A stretch of 64,000 nt of DNA from Eledone cirrhosa. Its lineage: Eukaryota. A program made the translations under genes and the position numbers. Below are positions 1-13,242 of the stretch, piece by piece. Below the pieces are notes generated by a model. The model saw only the letters and a list, made by a program, of their open reading frames with translations, had not been told where the DNA came from and searched no databases. The DNA lies in the NCBI GenBank assembly GCA_964016885.1, contig OZ024740.1:118110001-118174000 (forward strand). Reading direction: 5' to 3'. How positions within the stretch are numbered: position 1 is the stretch's first letter; every line of letters starts with the position of its first letter.

Positions 1-640
1 TTACAGTATGAAAGGGTTGGCGAAATGATATAATATTGGTATTTTCTATCACGGAGTATACATTTAAATACTCCATGTTTTACTTACTGTAAAAGCTATG
101 ACGTTAAGTCTAACATACTTGTATGATAGTATAATAATTATAAGTTCAAGAGTTGAATTCCTGTTCAAAAGTTGAAGCCTGGCTACAACAAATGAGCTGT
201 AAATCTAGACAAAGTATACGACCTTGATTATCTCAGTCTGTTTAGTTCAAATCAGTTATTGTTTATACTGATTATCATGAAAATGTAAAAACAACTGCAC
301 TAGCTATATGTAAGTAGATATGTGTGCGTGTGGGTTTGAGTGTGTGTGTTAAAGAGAGTAGACATTACAACTGTTTGTGAAAAGGTAGCTGAACCAGAAA
401 TGCTGCCAGTTGGGTTACAAAGGTTACCATTCAGTTAACGATTATGAGTTCCATATTCAGTTGAGGTTCTCTGACAAAAGAACGAGGAAGGTTTACAATA
501 GTAGCTGCCTCAAAGAAAAGAAAATATAACCTTCCAGGAAATCATAAGGCATTATTACTCACGTGCACAGGTGCAAAACTTCGTAATCGAGTATTACCCC
601 TCGCTCGCACACAACACAAAAACTAAGAGCAATAATGAAA

Positions 641-830
641 TAATTGTTTCTACTTTTTGGCACAAGGCCAGCACTTATCCCAGTACATTACTGGTACTTT
701 ATTTTATCGACCCCGTAAGGATGAAAGGCAAAGTTAACCTCGGCGGGAATTGAACTCAGATCGTAAAGGGACGTAACTATGCTGGAAAGCATAATCCAAC
801 TCTCTACCGATACTGCCAATTCACCGCCCT
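641..830 (-). mobile_element. tRNA-derived Meta-domain SINE (octopus OR-like family)
   Basis: Minus strand reads GGCGGTGAATTGGCAGTATCGGTAGAG (A-box like), GAGTTCAATTCCCGCC (B-box), then the Meta domain GCCTTTCATCCTTACGGGGTCGATAAAATAAAGTACCAG; more than 15 copies in the window. Confidence 0.85.
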
Positions 831-1872
831 AATGAGCAATAATGAAATAAGAAATCTAAATGTAATACTGGTTTTACACCAAACAAAAACACTATTGAAC
901 AAATGAAGCTTAAATATTAACATCTCTTTCTTCAGAAACGGTACCGCTACGTTGAAAACTCATACTGAGAACGAACTTCTAACCAGTCTATTGCAAATAC
1001 AATTTGAGTCATCGAAACGTATATCAATTGTATGGGATTCTATTGGGAATTTGACTGTATAAACAAAGCAGTCTCGGGAATTCGACTGTGTGAACATGGC
1101 AGTCTCTATTAAGACTAAATTCATTCGTTAATGATATCATATTACAACAATATAATGCCTATGTTCGTATTGTTTCTTACATCAATAATAAATGAGAGAA
1201 CTCTTCAATCCTAATACTGGGTAAGACATATTTTAATATTTGGTAATTTATTTCTCGTAGAAATGTATACATTTCTACGAGAAAATCTGAAGGGTATTGT
1301 CAGGAAAAATACCTCTCGCAGATTTGCTGATGCAGGAGTTTCTGTGTTCGACTTTGTTGAAGCCGCTAAAACTTTTAATGATAAACACTTAAGAGACTAA
1401 AATAAAGACACAAGTTATAAAACTCCATCTGCAAAAATGGGTCTAATCACTAATTAATTAAAACCAAAGTAATGTTTGTTGATAACTTGAATATCACACA
1501 ATACAATATAACGCCACAGAAGGTAAAATTGATATTGTTACGCAGTCTATATTATCCATGAAATGACTGGGCGGATAAAAGAAATGTTTCTAGACAGTCG
1601 TGTGACATAACATATGTAAAAGTGCGCAAATATTATGTTATTTCAAATCGTTTAGTGAATAATAGCATTGAATTGCAACTTTTCAAAGTAAGATATGCAG
1701 TGAAACAGCTCTGTTGCATAGTAGAGAAATTTAGAAAATATGGGAAACATTAGCTGAAGAGATAAACGCTGAGTATCATTCTCTTTTAAGATTTACGGTT
1801 TCCAGGACAGAAAAAACCCCGGCTAAATCCAACATTAGGACCGAAAAGATTAATTCTGTATATATATATATG

Positions 1873-1924
<52 letters not shown>

Positions 1925-2094
1925 AAGAATTAATATTTAGTAACATATATATAAATACAGATGCATATCAATGCTAGCAAATATATAGGTTTTGTCTTAG
2001 TAGCTTTGTGGTTCAATGCATGGGGTTGCAGAACAATAATATGAGAGACGTAAAATAAGAAAATTATAAAATTAACTTACTTACTAAAATATCA

Positions 2095-2174
2095 CTTCCA
2101 ACTAATTAGTTTCTGGAATGGAATAAATATATTTTCCGAAGAAGACATAGAGAATCATTCCGTCGTCAGGGAAG
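2095..2174 (-). ncRNA. Type I hammerhead ribozyme motif, family A
   Basis: Reverse complement of the 2741-2820 motif. Confidence 0.65.
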
Positions 2175-2740
2175 ACTATTCTCATCTAAGTATCCAGGCA
2201 AAGCGTGGACTCTGGAAAGTTATTAAAAAATAATTCACTGGATAGAAAATAGCAAAGTGTGGACTGAATTCCTAGCCATTGAGAAAATCACTGCCTCTGC
2301 GTCGGTGGCAAATTCAAAAAGAATCAATCACGTGACATCGAGGTCAATCAGTGGAAAGTGTTTTGCTAATAAGACAGCGGCCTGCCTGCTACCATAGCAG
2401 CAGTCATGGCCAATATTGCTCGACAAATAATTTGGAGATAATTATAAAGAATTAATATTTAGTAACATATATATACATACAGATGCATATCAAAGCGTGG
2501 ACTCTGGAAACTTATTAAAAAATAATTCAGTGGATAGAAAATAGCAAAGCGTGGACTGAATTCCTAGCCATTGAGTAAATCACTGCCTCTGCGTCGGTGG
2601 CAAATTCAAAAAGAATCAATCACGTGACATCGAGGTCAATCAGTGGAAAGTGGTTTGCTATGCTATTTTCTATCCACTGAATTATTTTTTAATAAGTTTC
2701 CAGAGTCCACGCTTTGCCTGGATACTTAGATGAGAATAGT

Positions 2741-2820
2741 CTTCCCTGACGACGGAATGATTCTCTTTGTCTTCTTCGGAAAATATATTTATTCCATTCC
2801 AGAAACTAATTAGTTGGAAG
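2741..2820 (+). ncRNA. Type I hammerhead ribozyme motif, family A
   Basis: CTTCC-CTGACGA-C GGAATG...CATTCC A-GAAA-CTAATTAG-TT-GGAAG: 5-bp stem I, intact core, 6-bp stem II above a C.A mismatch, palindromic stem III, GUU site. Confidence 0.7.
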
Positions 2821-3262
2821 TGATATTTTAGTAAGTAAGTTAATTTTATAATTTTCTTATTTTACATCTCTCATATTATTGTTCTGCAACCCCATGCATT
2901 GAACCACAAAGCTACTAAGACAAAACCTATATATTTGCTAGCATTGTTATGCATCTGTATGTATATACATGTTACTAAATATTAATTCTTTATAATTATC
3001 TCCAAATTATTTGTCGAGCAATATTGGCCATGACTGCTGCTATGGTAGCAGGCAGGCCGCTGTCTTATTAACAAAACACTTTCCACTGATTGACCTCGAT
3101 GTCACGTGATTGATTCTTTTTGAATTTGCCACCGACGCAGAGGCAGTGATTTTCTCAATGGCTAGGAATTCAGTCCACGCTTTGCTATTTTCTATCCAGT
3201 GAATTATTTTTTAATAACTTTCCAGAGTCCACGCTTTGCCTGGATACTTAGATGAGAATAGT

Positions 3263-3342
3263 CTTCCCTGACGACGGAATGATTCTCTATGTCTTCTTCG
3301 GAAAATATATTTATTCCATTCCAGAAACTAATTAGTTGGAAG
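3263..3342 (+). ncRNA. Type I hammerhead ribozyme motif, family A
   Basis: Same motif one 522-bp period downstream. Confidence 0.7.
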
Positions 3343-3388
3343 TGATATTTTAGTAAGTAAGTTAATTTTATAATTTTCTTACTTTACG

Positions 3389-3427
<39 letters not shown>

Positions 3428-3469
3428 AGGAAACGAAAAATCAGTGATGCATCTGGACTTAGTTTATTT

Positions 3470-3560
3470 CGTGTCACAAATGTTTCGCCGGCATGTAGCT
3501 CGAGTCATGGTCCTAGTATGGATCTGGCTATTTCTACTTCTGCGGGTTCTATCAGACACG
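3470..3560 (-). ncRNA. Degenerate hammerhead motif, family B
   Basis: Minus: CGTGT-CTGAT(A)GA-ACCCGC...GCCGGC-GAAA-CATTTG-TG-ACACG; homologous to 10960-11047; 1-nt core insertion and G at the cleavage position. Confidence 0.45.
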
Positions 3561-4112
3561 GGTGTTACGTCCGGAGCAAATTTTATCACTGGGGTGTTAT
3601 CATCAAAACAACACCCTCAAAAAACCCTAATTCCACTCTTGTCATGCCATTGGCTGTTTTTACTCCACGTCATCACAAGTTCTGGTCAGTATCTGCTGCC
3701 ACACGATTCATCAACCATTTTCCGTGCGACACATTTCAATGGAGTCATGCAGGGTTCAGTACTTCACACGTCTGCTCACACTTCAGATTAAGCACCTACA
3801 CGTACTAGAATACACACATAAAAAGACACACACATGCAGACACATATCTATCTACGCATACACACTCGTAAGCCTAGATGCGCAGACACACACACACCCA
3901 CATACATACATCGCAGTATATATACACACATACCCTCTCTCCCTCACTTCCACCGACCCAGTCACACCCACTTGTTGATACATATCGGCATAAGCCTTCT
4001 GACGGTTGTTTACGTCGCGCTCTGTATCACTTAGGAAAAGCATATCCTGCTCAAACGTACACATATATACATGCATACGCGGGCACATACACATTCGCGC
4101 AACATTCTATAC

Positions 4113-4177
<65 letters not shown>

Positions 4178-4180
4178 AGA

Positions 4181-4244
4181 AATGACAGGAGACTGGACTT
4201 GTGTAAATCCTCGTGGATTTACACAAGTCCAGCCTCCTGTCATT
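4181..4244. repeat. 30-bp-stem hairpin with one mismatch and a 4-nt loop
   Basis: AATGACAGGAGACTGGACTTGTGTAAATCC TCGT GGATTTACACAAGTCCAGCCTCCTGTCATT, next to (TA)n. Confidence 0.9.
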
Positions 4245-4386
4245 ATAATATTTAACTCCGTACTAGCACCACCAACTACAAAAACAAAGACGGTTGAACT
4301 GCTTTACGTTGAGTACTCTCCATATTATTACATTAAGATTGACCATACGGAATTGACCAGCTCTATCCAGTGGTGAACCTCAAACC

Positions 4387-4467
<81 letters not shown>

Positions 4468-4554
4468 TCATACACACACATATATACATACACACATACA
4501 TACCCATACATACATATATACACACATGTGTATACACAAATATATATATATATA

Positions 4555-4674
4555 TATACACACATACATACACACACGTATATACTTAAATGTATACTCA
4601 CACATATCCACACATACATACGAATACACATACGTAGAAAAACATTACCTACACACGTATATACACACACCCAT

Positions 4675-4724
<50 letters not shown>

Positions 4725-5048
4725 TTATATATACATACATATATACACACAAAAGAAAACAAAAGGGGCAACTTAACATGCGTACTCCCATCCACACATA
4801 TACATACAAATACCCACGCATATGCCGATATACATACATCTACACATGCATACGCATACGTGTTGCCACATGCATACACCTGCACGCATGCACATCTGCC
4901 TACTCACACAAAAGTATTACCACATATACATATATAAAAACACAACTGTAAATGAACAGTTAAAAATACATTATGCAATAGAAACAGTATAATGACAGTA
5001 AAATCATTGTAACATGAAAAAATATACAATGTAATATAATATACAATA

Positions 5049-5124
<76 letters not shown>

Positions 5125-7408
5125 TTTCTGAATTAGTTTAGCAAGATTCTTTATCTGAAAACGTGTGTTGAAACCGATATTGTTATACTTTGGGAGGGTC
5201 ATGTTGCCAATAAGAAACACACGCACCAGTTTCTTTCACTTCAATTTATTATAATAAATTCCTCAATTTATAAATTTATTATAATAAATTGAAGTGAAAG
5301 CAACTGGTGCGTATGTTTCTTATTGGCAACATGACCCTCCCAAAGTATAACAATATATATATATTTATATATCCCCCAATTATACATATATACACAAACA
5401 TATATACACACATATATATATATTCACCCACATATACACACACACACGTACACGAACTCATACATACATATACGGATATATACGGATATATATAGAGTAT
5501 ATGTGATAAAATAATACAACCAGAATAATTGTAATAATAATAAAAAAGCATATATAGTCCCTATACAATCATCCGCAGACATTCCTATGAGATGCACATA
5601 AACACATACTTGTATACACAAATACATATACACACATATATAGGCCCGCAAATGCACGCACCTGCACCCACATACACTTCCACATATACACACACACACC
5701 CACACACATATATATATACGCACACTTACCCACCCGCACACACACATACCTACTCATACGTACACATTCACACATACACATATAGGCATATATATATATA
5801 TATATATATATATACATGCTCATAAATAGACACACATATACATATATACACACACCCACACACATACACCCACATTCCGCCATATATGTATATATATGCA
5901 CACGTCTGCACCTACAGGCGCGTATAAGCTCGTGCACACACGCCCCCATGCCCACACACAAACCCCGACACCCACCCACGTCTATATATATACATACATA
6001 CGCATCTACTCACATACACACGCACATATCCCACACACATGTCCACACATAAAAACTCGTGAACATAAACACAATATGATAATAAAATAAAATACATAAA
6101 TAAATTTACAATATTTTAGGGTACATTAAAATCTGTATGTAACTGCATAAATAGGTACAAGAAAAGAAGGGGCAAAATAAAGGAACGGGTATAATAAAAA
6201 AAAAAGAAAAAAGGGAAAGAAAAAAGAAAAAACGAGGGGGTGTGTGTACAGGATAAGGTGCATGCGTCCATGCGATATACTACACACAGGTATTATGAGA
6301 TGCAAATTTGTGTCCGTGTATAGAACAGGTAACAGTAACAGAACAATGATATAACAATATTAACAATTACTGTTCCAAGGTGGAACAGGTGTAGAGTATA
6401 TAGTCACGATTGACGGTGTACACATTCAATGTGACGCCCGCCACGGTCGCCATGTCAGCCGGTCCCAGCCCATGCGGTGTATCTTCCAATGTTGTGTGCC
6501 CGGTCACGTGCGCACCCGGTTTACCTATGATTGCCCCACGGGTCATACATCGTTTATTTATTTGTTTTTTTATTATACCCGTTTCTTTATTTTGCCCCTT
6601 CTTTTCTTGTACCTATTTATGCAGTTACATACAGATTTTAATGTACCCTAAAATATTGTAAATTTATTTATGTATTTTATTTTATTATCATATTGTGTTT
6701 ATGTTCACGAGTTTTTATGTGTGGACATGTGTGTGGGATATGTGCGTGTGTATGTGAGTAGATGCGTATGTATGTATATATATAGACGTGGGTGGGTGTC
6801 GGGGTTTGTGTGTGGGCATGGGGGCGTGTGTGCACGAGCTTATACGCGCCTGTAGGTGCAGACGTGTGCATATATATACATATATGACGGAATATGGGTG
6901 TATGTGTGTGTGGGTGTGTGTATATATGTATATGTATGTCTATGTATGAGCATGTGTGTGTGTATATATTTATATATATATATGCCTATAGGTGTATGTG
7001 AGAGTGTGTACGTATAGCCACGTATGAGTAGGTCTGTGTTTGTGGGGTGGGTAAGTGTGCGTATATATATATGTGTGTGGGTGTGTGTGTGTATATGTGG
7101 AAGTGTATGTGGGTGCAGGTGCGTGCATTTGCGGGCCTATATATGTGTGTATATGTATTTGTGTATACAAGTATGTGTTTATGTGCATCTCATAGGAATG
7201 TCTGCGGATGATTGTATAGGGACTATATATGCTTTTTTATTATTATTACTATTATTCTTGTTGTATTATTTTATCACATATACTCTATATATATCCGTAT
7301 ATATCCGTATATGTATGTAAGAGTCCGTGTACGTGTGTGTGTGTGTGTGTATGTGTGGGTGTGTATATATATGTGTGTATATATGTGTGTGTATATATGT
7401 ATAATAGG

Positions 7409-7471
<63 letters not shown>

Positions 7472-7775
7472 TATTGTATATTATATTACATTGTATATTT
7501 TTTTTTGTTACAATAATTTTACCGTCATTATACTGTTTCTATTGCATAATATATTTTTAACTGTTCACTTACAGTTGTGTTTTATATATGTATATGTGGT
7601 AATACTTTTGTGTGTGTAGGCAGACGTGGATGCGTGCAGGTTTATGCATGTGGCAACACGTATACGTATGCATGTGTAGATGTATGTATATCGGCATATG
7701 CGTGGGTATTTGTATGTATATGTGTGGATGGGTGTACGCATGTTAAGTTGTCCTTTTTGTTTTCTTTTGTGTGTA

Positions 7776-7874
<99 letters not shown>

Positions 7875-7976
7875 ATATATACGTGTGTAGGTAATGTTTG
7901 TCTACGTATGTGTATTCGTATGTATGTGTGGACATGTGTGAGTATACATTTACGTATATACGTGTGTGCATATATG

Positions 7977-7990
<14 letters not shown>
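4555..7990. repeat. Large inverted repeat (arms about 4555-6205 and 6563-7990) of CA/TA-rich sequence with a ~360-bp spacer
   Basis: ORF track gives identical peptides on opposite strands (5896-6090+ and 6677-6871-); the left arm carries an extra insert at about 5121-5355. Confidence 0.9.
5121..5355. mobile_element. Fold-back fragment of repeat family F (PLE pLTR-like)
   Basis: TTGTTATACTTTGGGAGGGTCATGTTGCCAATAAGAAAC and its inverse (5178-5258 vs 5278-5354); same sequence at 23615, 24590 and 34190. Confidence 0.75.
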
Positions 7991-8046
<56 letters not shown>

Positions 8047-8051
<5 letters not shown>

Positions 8052-8598
8052 CTTTGTTCAGGAGTATGGGTGATATAGAGGAATAATAAGCATCTATATC
8101 GAATTGTAGAAATGAAGCAGATGATTTATTTCTAATATTAGTAAACCAGTTAATAACCTGGGATGTGTTTTCCCAGAGTGGTAAATTAACATGTTTTCTT
8201 AATTGTGGGATGACTCTATCTAAAATGTTTTTACTAATGACGCCAATATCAGATTTGGAAGGGCATATAAGCCTTATAGAAGGATTAGAGTTAAAATTAG
8301 ATTTGTGATCTTTCAGGTTAAGATGTGGTTTTTTCAGTGCCAAAGGTTCAGTTCTATCTTCAATATTGAGTTTATTTACTATGTTGTGTGTTTTGTTGTT
8401 GATATTGGTAAGTGCCGCATTGTTTGTTTTTTTATAATTTTTCCTGAGTTCTTTATATATGAACTCATTGTAATTATCAATATCCATGTGATACAGATTT
8501 CCAGTTTTGTCAGAGTGGACATGGATTTTGTTAGATTTTTTTAGATCCAATAGGGTAGAATGAAGATCCTTTTGAAAATTAGATTTATATTTCTTAAA
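8047..8598 (-). pseudogene. Penelope-like element reverse transcriptase fragment
   Basis: ...HSDKTGNLY...LKDHKSNFNSNPSIRLICPSKSDIG...[13 protein letters not shown], homologous to the 34544 ORF; truncated into (TA)n. Confidence 0.9.
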
Positions 8599-8672
8599 TA
8601 TATATATATATAATTTTATAACTCCCTGTATATATAGTTGAACTCTTTTTCTTGTCCATTATCCATATCACA

Positions 8673-8977
8673 ATGGAAAAACAATACTTTTGAACTTCTT
8701 TAAAGAATATACCAATACCTTCTAAGGATGAATTCTTACTTCTTATGATACAAAAAACCAACCAATTCATCAAAAGTGTCAGATGGAGGGCCTACCACTT
8801 TGATAAAAAAAACAAAATGTACTGATGAGAAATGTTTATATGATTTCACTACATATAAGAACCCACCACACAACTCCTTGCTAGAAAACTTCGAGAAAGA
8901 CCTTTTTAACTTAATCAAACACATCAAATTTAAGAAATATAAATCTAATTTTCAAAAGGATTTTGATTCTACTCTAT
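8673..8977 (+). pseudogene. N-terminal fragment of the same PLE ORF, inverted relative to 8047-8598
   Basis: MEKQYF*TSLKNIPIPSKDEFLLLMIQKT...RWRAYHFD...FEKDLFNLIKHIKFKKYKSNFQKD; 8928-8977 overlaps 8548-8598 in inverted orientation. Confidence 0.85.
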
Positions 8978-9030
8978 CTGATGAAAGCGCACCATAATTT
9001 ACCTTGGTCGCCCTTGAAATATATATAATA
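8975..9030 (+). ncRNA. Minimal type I hammerhead in PLE pseudo-LTR (family C), stem I truncated
   Basis: TAT-CTGATGA-AAG...CTT-GAAA-T ATAT A-TA-ATAAAA; the surrounding repeat (8975-9170) recurs at 62683-62880. Confidence 0.65.
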
Positions 9031-9285
9031 AAATAATTATGGTTTTATAAATATAGTTTCCATTTATTAATATATTGTATATTTACTCCACTAACTTGTT
9101 GAGTGCTTTATATCAGTTATAAAAATGTTTAAGCTTGTTGAATCCCAACAAATTAAATATAACCTCTGCATATATATATATATACATAAAGAGAATATAC
9201 ACACACAGTCATATAAAGGTACACAATGGTTCATACATGAAAGGATGAATCTTGTTATAAATATGTACATACATAGAAAATACAT

Positions 9286-9410
<125 letters not shown>

Positions 9411-9411
9411 G

Positions 9412-10014
9412 AAAAGTAGCGAAGCAAACGGCTATTAAACAATTTTCTAAATAAATTAAAAAATGATTAAATAATCACCTGTTCAGATGCTGTTACCGAC
9501 GGTTTCATCATTCCGAAAGATTGAAAATCCAACGAATTTCCAATGGAAAGAAATGAATCTTCAGACAGCCCTACTTCCACGCCATAAGGTATCTAGCCTA
9601 ATAGCAAGTAAATATTATGCTCCCTGCCCAACGCATGCGGTCAAGCCGTTAAAATGACACACACGCAAATCAGGTCACTGATAAAAGCTGGATATTATAA
9701 ACATGTCGAATTGCCACTAAAATTAGCAGCATTATTCAACGTTTTGTTCTCTACATAAGGAGAATAATTATAGAAGTGGATGGATACTTCAACAGGTACA
9801 ATGTACATGTAGAAATATTCAAGTTGTTTATAATACATGTGGTTCTATGGCACTAATTCGAGATACCAGAACAATATAAAAGTAGCGAAGCAAACGGTTT
9901 CGCTACTTTTATATTGTTCTGGTATCTCGAATTAGTGCCATAGAACCACATGTATTATAAACAACTTGAATATTTCTACAAGTACATTGTACCTGTTGAA
10001 GTATCCATCCACTT

Positions 10015-10020
<6 letters not shown>
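9412..10020. mobile_element. Retrozyme-like family D: one 466-bp unit, the start of a second unit, and an inverted partial copy
   Basis: AAAAGTAGCGAAGCAAACGG at 9412 and 9878; 9897-10020 is the inverse of about 9770-9890; (TA)n on both sides. Confidence 0.75.
9489..9569 (-). ncRNA. Type I hammerhead ribozyme motif, family D
   Basis: Minus: GCTGT-CTGAAGA-T TCATTTC...GGAATGA T-GAAA-CCG T CGG-TA-ACAGC; 5-bp stem I, intact core, GUA site. Confidence 0.75.
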
Positions 10021-10052
<32 letters not shown>

Positions 10053-10959
10053 TATAAAAAAAGTATAAAATATATCAAAAATATACATATAACGGCACAT
10101 AGAGATACACAGTGGGCTATAGATGAAAGGGTGCGCCCAGTTATATGTGTCTACAGAGATGTTGTTACGTTGCGAACAAGGATCAATCCACATATGGAAT
10201 CTTCCCGCAAAGTCACAATGTGCGTTCATGGTATTACAGTAAATAGTAAGCGCAGACCGTACATAGAAAATGCGTGCAGAAAATATATAAAAACAAGAAA
10301 GAACGCGTATGCATATGAGATAGTACACAAGAGAATTATGAGATACACACCTGGGTCTGTATACGGAAAATACATTAGGTGTTACAAAATGCAATACATG
10401 TAGAGTATGGACTCTCTATTGAAAAGATACACATGCAGGGGGGTGCGTGTACCGGCCATACTGGAGTATGCCACTGTGGTTGAGGTATATTGTCTTATTG
10501 GTGTAAGGCATTGGACTGAATATCAATATGGGTACGTGTGTGTATGTGTGTGTGCGTGGGTGGACGGGGGGCGGTCTATGTATATGTCTGTACGTGTTTG
10601 TGTGTACGGGTATATATACGCGTATGCATGTGTATGCACATGTGTGTGTGTATGTTGATGTACATAGGCATGTGGGCATGTGTCTGTGTACGTACGTGCC
10701 TCTCTGGATGCATGTATGCGTATGGTTATATGTTTATATGTTCTCCTTAAACATGTGTGTATAGCGGGAATCTATGGGACAGACAACGCCCTGATGGTCA
10801 GCGGAATAGTTCCTGTGGTCAGAATTATGATGACATAGACAACCAGCGGCCAACCACAGGACACGTGAAGAGGATGAAGTTTTTGACGGTACTGGCCAAG
10901 AATGTTAGATACCCCAGTGAGATACCCCAGTGAGCGAATATGCTCCGAAATCATTAGAC

Positions 10960-11047
10960 GTGTCCGTCGAACCTGCGGGTCCAGAATCAAACAGATCCAC
11001 ACAATGATCACGTCTCGAGCTGTCCGCCGGCGAAACAATTGTAACAC
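10960..11047 (+). ncRNA. Degenerate hammerhead motif, family B
   Basis: GTGT-CCGTCGA-ACCTGCGG...CCGCCGGC-GAAA-C AATT G-TA-ACAC; downstream CAGATGCATCACTGATTTTTCGTTT matches 3431-3455 inverted. Confidence 0.5.
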
Positions 11048-11450
11048 ACAATACATTGAGTTCAGATGCATCACTGATTTTTCGTTTTCTATTATATATA
11101 TATACATATATCTTGACACATGGAGAATCCGAGCATCGATCCCGGTACCTCTCGCAAGCTGAGCAAGCGATCTACCATCTGAGCTAATTCCCCTCAAGCC
11201 AGGACAGATACCGGTCTCTTGGAGATGCAGGACATGGCAGCGATGATGAGGGACAACCGCTGGAGAGAACTCGTCCATGGATCTCGGGAATTTTACCGGC
11301 CCTATTTATGTATATATATATAAAATCCTTATCAAGCCCTCTTCGCACTTTGGTCATTGTATTTATTATATATATAAAAGAATGAGGGGATCATTCTACT
11401 GACATGGCTTTCAAAATGAGGCTGTTTGCATAATTGCAAACGAATCGAAT

Positions 11451-11638
11451 GGTGGATTGGCAGTATCGGTAGAGGGTCGGACGCCATGCTTTGACGCATA
11501 GAGTTACGGCACTTGCCATTCTGATTTCAAATCCCACCGAGGTTAACTTTGCCTTTCATCCTTACGGGGTCGATGAAATAAAGTACCAGTAATGCACAGG
11601 GTAATTACTGGCCTTATGCCAGAAGTAGAAGCGATTAT
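11451..11638 (+). mobile_element. Meta-domain SINE
   Basis: Same consensus as 641-830. Confidence 0.85.
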
Positions 11639-11657
11639 TAATATTCGAAAAACTCTG

Positions 11658-11701
<44 letters not shown>

Positions 11702-12319
11702 TCTTCACCCTATTCTATAATCCAGTTTGTAGCATCTCCAAGCATGAAAAGACAACTCTTTATAAGAAAAATACACACACACACACATATATGTATATAC
11801 TTCAACTTTCATTTCATGCATGACACACTGCATGATTTGCAGATTAATTAATTAGATTGTAATTTGCAGATTAATTGATTAATCCATCAAATCATTAAAC
11901 CAGTTTTGATCATTTAATATCGTAGTATCCTTACCAAATCGATATAAGATTTGGAGAATTCATATTCCTCAAAAAAAGGATATAAATACCTAACCATGGT
12001 CAATATTATATTGATAGAGAGCGACCTTTTTTTAAAAAGTAACATATCTTCAAGGCAGTTGTTTAGGAAACAAAGGAGATATCCAATTCCAGGATATCGA
12101 GTGTTCAACAAAAACGTGGGTAAAATAAGTTTACACCTCATAAATTCGATGGTGATCTACGTAATATATTTTAGTTAAAACGAACGTAGAAGCTAATAAA
12201 ATGGTTTGAAAAATCAACTCTGGTTCTCACTTTATTTAAATTTATTATGCTCTGTCTTCTTTCCATAAGCAACTAATACATTGAGCTTTATCGCATTTTG
12301 GTCTGCACTCCTATTAATC

Positions 12320-12488
<169 letters not shown>

Positions 12489-13242
12489 CAGGGTGTTCGG
12501 GATAAATTTGACAGTTTCATCAGGAAAAAGAAAAAGTGCTTGGTATCTACAAAATTTATTTGGTTTAAAAGAAATTCAATGGAGAAGGAAATTACACTAT
12601 TGTCAAAGAGTTTTACTCAAAATAACCTCCATTAGCGTCTATTACAGCCTCAATCCGGGCCCGGAACCTAGAGCAAGCTGATTTTACACTTTGCCTGGGA
12701 AGGCCCTCAAAAACTACTTTAATTCTGTCGATTAACTGGGCTTTTGTAGTACTGGCACGGCGATTGGTGTCTTTCTCTACAGCGCCCCATACATAATAGT
12801 CTACCCTTGTTATCCAGGGCTTCAATTCATGTGACAAAGACCGAATTCCGATGCCAGGGTCCTACAACACTTTTTTCTGCAGATTTTCGATGAATTCTGC
12901 TGTGCGAGAGCAATCAGATCTTCTGTTATGTTTCTTTCTTCTAGCCACAGCCTCGTAGTCTCCATTGCAATTCTCCAGTTCATGCCGGATTGTTTTTACA
13001 GTGTTCAGGGAGCATTGAGCAGCGACCATAATCTCCTTATTTTGATGGCCGGCGCGAATCATCATGATACAAGTTATTCTCTTCCATGATTCAGGTGGCT
13101 CCCAGTCATCCATTCTCGTTGTCATCACATATATGAATGAAGGAGGGTTTAAACTTTCAAATAAAGCCTAGTGGGCATGAATGAATTTAAAACATCTGAA
13201 AAAACAACCAAATATTATTCTGTCAAATTTATCCCGAACACC

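Larger units (their letters stand above)
1925..3395. mobile_element. Non-coding ~522-bp repeat array with hammerhead ribozyme (retrozyme-like family A): minus-strand copies 1925-2660 head-to-head with plus-strand copies 2661-3395
   Basis: CAGAGTCCACGCTTTGCCTGG at 2701 and 3223 (period 522); the reverse complement lies at about 2040-2460; (TA)n flanks both sides; no ORF. Confidence 0.8.

Noticed and set aside
5152-5182. CTGAAAA...GAAACCGATA in family F as a second hammerhead
   Set aside because: G8 is missing in both copies and stems I and III do not pair
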